Shown: piece after piece, positions 44,965 to 49,197 of the stretch
How the letters are laid out: each line of letters begins with the position of its first letter
Position numbering within the stretch: the stretch's first letter is position 1
Virus record (IMG/VR): IMGVR_UViG_3300028586_000397
Span: 1 to 49,197 of that record
DNA: 49,197 bases
Strand: one strand, 5' to 3'
From: a virus
Taxonomy: Duplodnaviria > Caudoviricetes
The notes under the pieces: generated by a model
Seen by the model: the letters and a program-made list of their open reading frames with translations, nothing else
Told to the model about the DNA's origin: nothing
Database searches by the model: none
Made by a program: the position numbers and the translations under genes

Positions 44965-45191
44965 ATGCCCATCATTTTAACCGCTGGGCTTATACGGTTT
45001 CTAGTAGTCTGTACCAACGATGCCACAGGAAAACTGACCACTTGTCGATACTCCAACATAAACAGCCTCAGGATCTACCTATAGGGAGGAGGACCTAAAG
45101 CCTGAACGGCCAAGCGTTCCTCTTCTAGCTCCTGGCACGTCTGGTTGCTCTCCGGTTGCGACTGTACGAAGTGGCATCGGACATCGCCTTT

Positions 45192-46217
45192 TTAGTTGTT
45201 ACGGTGAAGATCTCGAGCTTTAATTTGTGTGTATCTGGCAAGCATTTTCCAATCGCGATGACCGGACACTAATGCAACCTCTTGGATCTGATAGCCCTGC
45301 TCGAACAGCCGGGACACGCCTTCGTGGCGTAAGTCGTGAAAGTGCAAGTCTTCGATCTTAAGTGCTTTTTTTGCACGTGGGAAGATTGTGGACACTGTGT
45401 CGGCCAAGACGGGGAAGATCCGGCTCTCTGGCGTTAGGTTCGCCGGCTTGGGCTGGCGTTGCACGATCTCGAATGTACGGCCCAGCAGAGGCACCTCCTG
45501 GTCGTTACCGACCTTTTCTCGTGGGTGCTTTCGGTTTCGGATAATTATTGTCCGGTCGCCTTCATTGAGGTCGATCCAACGCAGCAGCGTGATCTCCTCA
45601 ATACGCATGGCGGATTCGATCGCGAAATGGATAATATCCCGCATAGGAAGAGAAGAGTGCTTGTCTAGGTAGTCGCACAGTTGGTCGATCTCCTCCTCAG
45701 TCGGCCGCCGCTTACGCTCCGTCGACTTAGTCGATATTTTCAGATGCCCCATGTTGGCACGTGCGGCCTCGATAGGCTCAAGGCTGATTGGGAGCTTCCA
45801 CAGTCCCTTGGCAGTTTTGAAGACGCCGGCGAGGTAGGTGAGATCAATCCCGATCGTAACGCCCGAGGCGCCTCCTTTGCGGCGATCACGTACGAATTTA
45901 GTCAAGTAGTCGTCCGTAATGTCTGCTACAGCGACGTCACCGTGGTTGCGGCACCAAGCATTAAGCACTGCCGTTTTATTTTTCCCGAACGGATGCTCGG
46001 CTCCGATCTCCTCGATGTACCGGTCAATGAGCTGTTTTAAGGTAAGATTCGCCAGTCCACGCACGTCCTTGAAGCGCTTCGCATCCATCTCCGCCTCGAT
46101 CTTCCGGGCCCATTGGGTCGCCTGGGCTTTGGTCGAGAATGTTTCCGCTACCGATTTGTGTCCCTTGCGGCGTATTTGCGCCCGCCAGGTGTCGCCGATT
46201 TTTAGGATGGAAGCCAT
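45192..46217 (-). CDS. int: Tyrosine recombinase/integrase (dusA-associated)
   Basis: WRAQIRRKG arm-binding N-terminus, AMRIEEI (R), HDLRH, SGH, RY catalytic residues; divergent from dusA. Confidence 0.96.
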   Translation of the reverse strand: MASILKIGDTWRAQIRRKGHKSVAETFSTKAQATQWARKIEAEMDAKRFKDVRGLANLTLKQLIDRYIEEIGAEHPFGKNKTAVLNAWCRNHGDVAVADITDDYLTKFVRDRRKGGASGVTIGIDLTYLAGVFKTAKGLWKLPISLEPIEAARANMGHLKISTKSTERKRRPTEEEIDQLCDYLDKHSSLPMRDIIHFAIESAMRIEEITLLRWIDLNEGDRTIIIRNRKHPREKVGNDQEVPLLGRTFEIVQRQPKPANLTPESRIFPVLADTVSTIFPRAKKALKIEDLHFHDLRHEGVSRLFEQGYQIQEVALVSGHRDWKMLARYTQIKARDLHRNN

Positions 46218-46235
46218 GTAGCAATTTCGTAGCAC
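46217..46235 (+). promoter_or_regulatory. Putative integrase arm-type site (TGTAGCAATTTCGTAGCAC) overlapping the int start
   Basis: 17/19 identical to 5163-5181. Confidence 0.65.
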
Positions 46236-46318
46236 TGCGGTTGAGATAGTGCGGAATTTTGCGGGAAAGTGCGGGAAATAGCAAACTACTGATTACATAG
46301 GAAAAAGCAGGTGCTTCA

Positions 46319-47305
46319 ATGACTTACGGAAAGCGAAAACTAAGTGTAGCGCCCATGATGGACTGGACCGACCGCCACTGCCGCGTCTTCCACCGCCAGA
46401 TCACGAAACACACCTGGCTCTACACCGAGATGGTCACCACCGGTGCGCTGGTGTATGGCGACGTCGAGCGCCACCTGCGCTATGACGACATCGAGCACCC
46501 GATCGCCCTGCAGCTCGGCGGCAGCGAGCCGGCCGACCTGGCCAAGAGCGCGAAGCTGGGCCAGGAGTGGGGCTACGACGAGATCAACCTGAACTGCGGC
46601 TGCCCGTCCGAGCGCGTGCAGAAGGGCGCATTCGGCGCCTGCCTGATGAACGAGCCGCAGCTGGTGGCGGACTGCGTCAAGGCGATGCGCGACGCGGTGA
46701 TGATCGACGTCACTGTCAAACACCGCATCGGCATCGACAAGAACGAGGAGTACGGGTTCGTGCGCGACTTCGTCGGCACGATTGCGGACGCCGGTTGCCG
46801 CACCTTCATCGTCCACGCCCGCAATGCGGTCCTGAAGGGCCTGTCGCCGAAGGAAAACCGCGAGATCCCGCCGCTGCGCTACGAAGTGGCCTACCAGCTC
46901 AAGCGCGAGTTCCCGGAGCTGGAAATCCTGATCAACGGCGGCATCAAGACGAACGACGAGATCGCGCTGCACCTGCAGCACGTGGACGGCGTCATGCTGG
47001 GTCGCGAGGCCTATCACAATCCCTACCTCATGGCCGAGTGGGATGCGCGCTTCTATGGCGACGACGTGCCGGCGAATACCCGTGCCGAGGTGCTGGCGGC
47101 GATGGTGCCGTACATCGCCGGCCAGCTGGCGCGCTACGGCCAGTACGGCCTGAAGCTGAACAGCATCACCCGTCACATGCTGGGCCTGACCGCCGGCCTG
47201 CCGGGCGCGCGCGCCTTCCGCCAGATGCTGTCGGACCCGAAGAAGCTGGCCACGGCCGATCCGCAGCTGCTGCTGGAGGCGGCGGCCGGTATCCGCAACC
47301 TGTAG
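46319..47305 (+). CDS. dusA: tRNA-dihydrouridine(20/20a) synthase, with phage-supplied 5' end
   Basis: SVAPMMDWTDRHCR, NLNCGCPSERVQ, VHARNA, GLSPKENR. Confidence 0.97.
   Translation: MTYGKRKLSVAPMMDWTDRHCRVFHRQITKHTWLYTEMVTTGALVYGDVERHLRYDDIEHPIALQLGGSEPADLAKSAKLGQEWGYDEINLNCGCPSERVQKGAFGACLMNEPQLVADCVKAMRDAVMIDVTVKHRIGIDKNEEYGFVRDFVGTIADAGCRTFIVHARNAVLKGLSPKENREIPPLRYEVAYQLKREFPELEILINGGIKTNDEIALHLQHVDGVMLGREAYHNPYLMAEWDARFYGDDVPANTRAEVLAAMVPYIAGQLARYGQYGLKLNSITRHMLGLTAGLPGARAFRQMLSDPKKLATADPQLLLEAAAGIRNL
46343..46371 (+). repeat. Right attachment junction; core at 46355-46368
   Basis: Direct repeat of 5100-5128. Confidence 0.9.
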
Positions 47306-47809
47306 CAGGTTTGCCCCCGCAAGCGGGCAGGCAGCAGCGGTACTTTCAGACAGCGGCGCCCAAGGGCGCCGTTGTTGCGTTTACGCCTGTAGCGCGTTCG
47401 CAAAACGCCGGCCTGGCGAATCGAACACACGCTTACCCGGATCCTTATTTCCTCACAGATATAACTACTTCCACATGGCAAATAAGGTGGCGTACGTAAC
47501 AAGAACTTACTTGTTTTTTTCGCTAAATGTCGGAAATTTGCTACATGGAAACACCAATTTGTGTAGACAGCTCAAGCGCAAGCTTGCTCTACAGCAAGAG
47601 CCAATCCATAATTTCTCAGGTAGCAAACGAAGATTTGCTGGAGAAACGCTCCGGTCCGGCGAGCCGTTTCTTGCAGACGCAGATTTTTTCGTGTGATGTC
47701 GCACGATTTGATTTATCCTTTCGGAAACTATTTCCGTACGGGAAATCTGCGTTCATCATGCGGGCACTGATTCCAGGCATATCTGACTTAACAGAATAGG
47801 GAAGGCGAA

Positions 47810-49197
47810 ATGAATTTATCGAACATGAAGGTCGGTATGCGCTTGGGACTGGGGTTCGCCCTGGTGCTGGTGTTGCTGGTGGCGGTGACGGTGGTCGGCG
47901 TGCTGCGCATGGCCCAGATCCAGGATCGCCTCGATCACGTGGTGAGCGTGAACAATGTTTCGAGCCGTATGGTCATCGAGATGCGCAACAACGTGCAGGA
48001 CCGTCTGGCATCGCTGCGCGTGCTGACCCTGATGGCCGACCCTGCCGACATGGAGCCGGAACTCAAGAAGTTCAAGGAACAGTCCGCCAAGTACAACGAA
48101 GCCCAGACCAAGGTCAGCCAGATCTTCGCGACCGACGGCAGCGACGCCGAGAAGGCCCTGCTGGCCGAAGTCAAGCAGCACGAAGCCGCCGCCCTGCCGG
48201 CGATTGCCAAGGCTTCGGAACTCTACCTCGCCAACGACGCCATGAACGCCACCCGCGTGATGGTCAAGGAAGTGCGTCCGGTCCAGAAGAAGTGGACCGA
48301 AGCGCTGGACAAGCTGGTGCAGCTGGAAGACAAGCAGAGCGCGCAGAGCCAGGCCGATGCCGCCGCCGCTTTCGTGAATGCCCGTAACTTCATGGTCATC
48401 ATGCTGGTCGTCGCCGTCGTCATGGGCGTGGCCGCCGCCTGGTTCATCACCCGCGGCCTGATCAAGCAGCTGGGCGGCGAGCCCGACTATACCACCAGGA
48501 TCGCCGGCAGCATCGCTCACGGCAACCTGGCCATCGACATCGACACCAGCACCGCCGACAAAGGCAGCCTGCTGTCGGAAATGAACGAAATGCGCAACAG
48601 CCTGGTCGGCATCGTCGGCCAGGTGCGCCGCGGCACCGAGACCATCGGCACCGCCTCGCGTGAAATCGCCGCCGGCAACATCGACCTGTCCTCGCGTACC
48701 GAACTGCAGGCCAGCTCGCTGGAAAAGACCGCTTCGGCGATGGAAACCCTGACCACCACCGTGCGCCAGAACGCCGAGCACGCTCGTGAAGCGAACCAGC
48801 TGGCCGCCAGCGCCTCGGACGTGGCCCGCAAGGGCGGCGACGTGGTGTCGCAAGTGGTGGGCACCATGGGCGAGATCAACAGCTCGGCCAGCAAGATCGC
48901 CGACATCATCGGCGTGATCGATGGCATCGCCTTCCAGACCAACATCCTGGCGCTGAACGCGGCAGTCGAAGCGGCCCGTGCCGGCGAACAAGGCCGCGGC
49001 TTCGCGGTCGTGGCATCGGAAGTGCGCAACCTGGCCCAGCGTTCGGCTGCGGCGGCAAAAGAAATCAAGACCCTGATCGGCGACTCCGTCGAGAAGGTCG
49101 AGCGCGGCAGCAAGCTGGTCGGCCAGGCCGGCGTGACGATGGACGAAGTGGTGGCGAGCGTGAAACGCGTGACCGACATCATGGGCGAGATCGCCAA
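47810..49197 (+). CDS. Methyl-accepting chemotaxis protein (3' truncated by window)
   Basis: [18 protein letters not shown], four-helix sensor, [35 protein letters not shown]; absent from the ORF track because no stop lies in the window. Confidence 0.95.
   Translation, partial: MNLSNMKVGMRLGLGFALVLVLLVAVTVVGVLRMAQIQDRLDHVVSVNNVSSRMVIEMRNNVQDRLASLRVLTLMADPADMEPELKKFKEQSAKYNEAQTKVSQIFATDGSDAEKALLAEVKQHEAAALPAIAKASELYLANDAMNATRVMVKEVRPVQKKWTEALDKLVQLEDKQSAQSQADAAAAFVNARNFMVIMLVVAVVMGVAAAWFITRGLIKQLGGEPDYTTRIAGSIAHGNLAIDIDTSTADKGSLLSEMNEMRNSLVGIVGQVRRGTETIGTASREIAAGNIDLSSRTELQASSLEKTASAMETLTTTVRQNAEHAREANQLAASASDVARKGGDVVSQVVGTMGEINSSASKIADIIGVIDGIAFQTNILALNAAVEAARAGEQGRGFAVVASEVRNLAQRSAAAAKEIKTLIGDSVEKVERGSKLVGQAGVTMDEVVASVKRVTDIMGEIA

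Larger units (their letters stand above)
5112..46368. mobile_element. Lambdoid siphovirus prophage (~41.2 kb) integrated in dusA
   Basis: Bounded by the direct repeat ATGATGGACTGGAC; integrase, repressor/Cro, replication, terminase, portal, capsid, tail and lysis genes all present. Confidence 0.96.

Overview
GC-rich betaproteobacterial DNA (Massilia-like Oxalobacteraceae by inference from gene content). It carries an apparently complete ~41.2 kb lambdoid siphovirus prophage (about 5112-46368) inserted into the 5' end of dusA. The native dusA promoter and first 17 codons are stranded at the left junction, and the phage supplies a replacement N-terminus at the right junction next to its tyrosine integrase. 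Host flanks: ABC transporter end, GT25 glycosyltransferase, HAD-like protein, NAD-dependent epimerase and FkbM methyltransferase on the left; dusA and a chemoreceptor on the right. The prophage has recognisable immunity, primase-helicase/origin, cos-type packaging, head, tail and lysis modules plus an orphan adenine methylase. Most unusual: (1) an orphan ParB with five dispersed copies of a 16-bp palindrome GTGCAGACGTCTGCAC (candidate parS, one inside parB); (2) an adjacent catalytically degenerate duplicate of the phage's own SF3 helicase domain; (3) a repressor without a peptidase domain facing a LexA-box-preceded 50-aa ORF that resembles the repressor's C-terminal domain (candidate mimic antirepressor); (4) three identical-architecture 26-bp palindromic late promoters linked to a Mor-family activator; (5) two orphan receiver-domain morons and a ClpP-fold protease/small-protein moron. 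All calls come from reading the sequence; no database searches were run.
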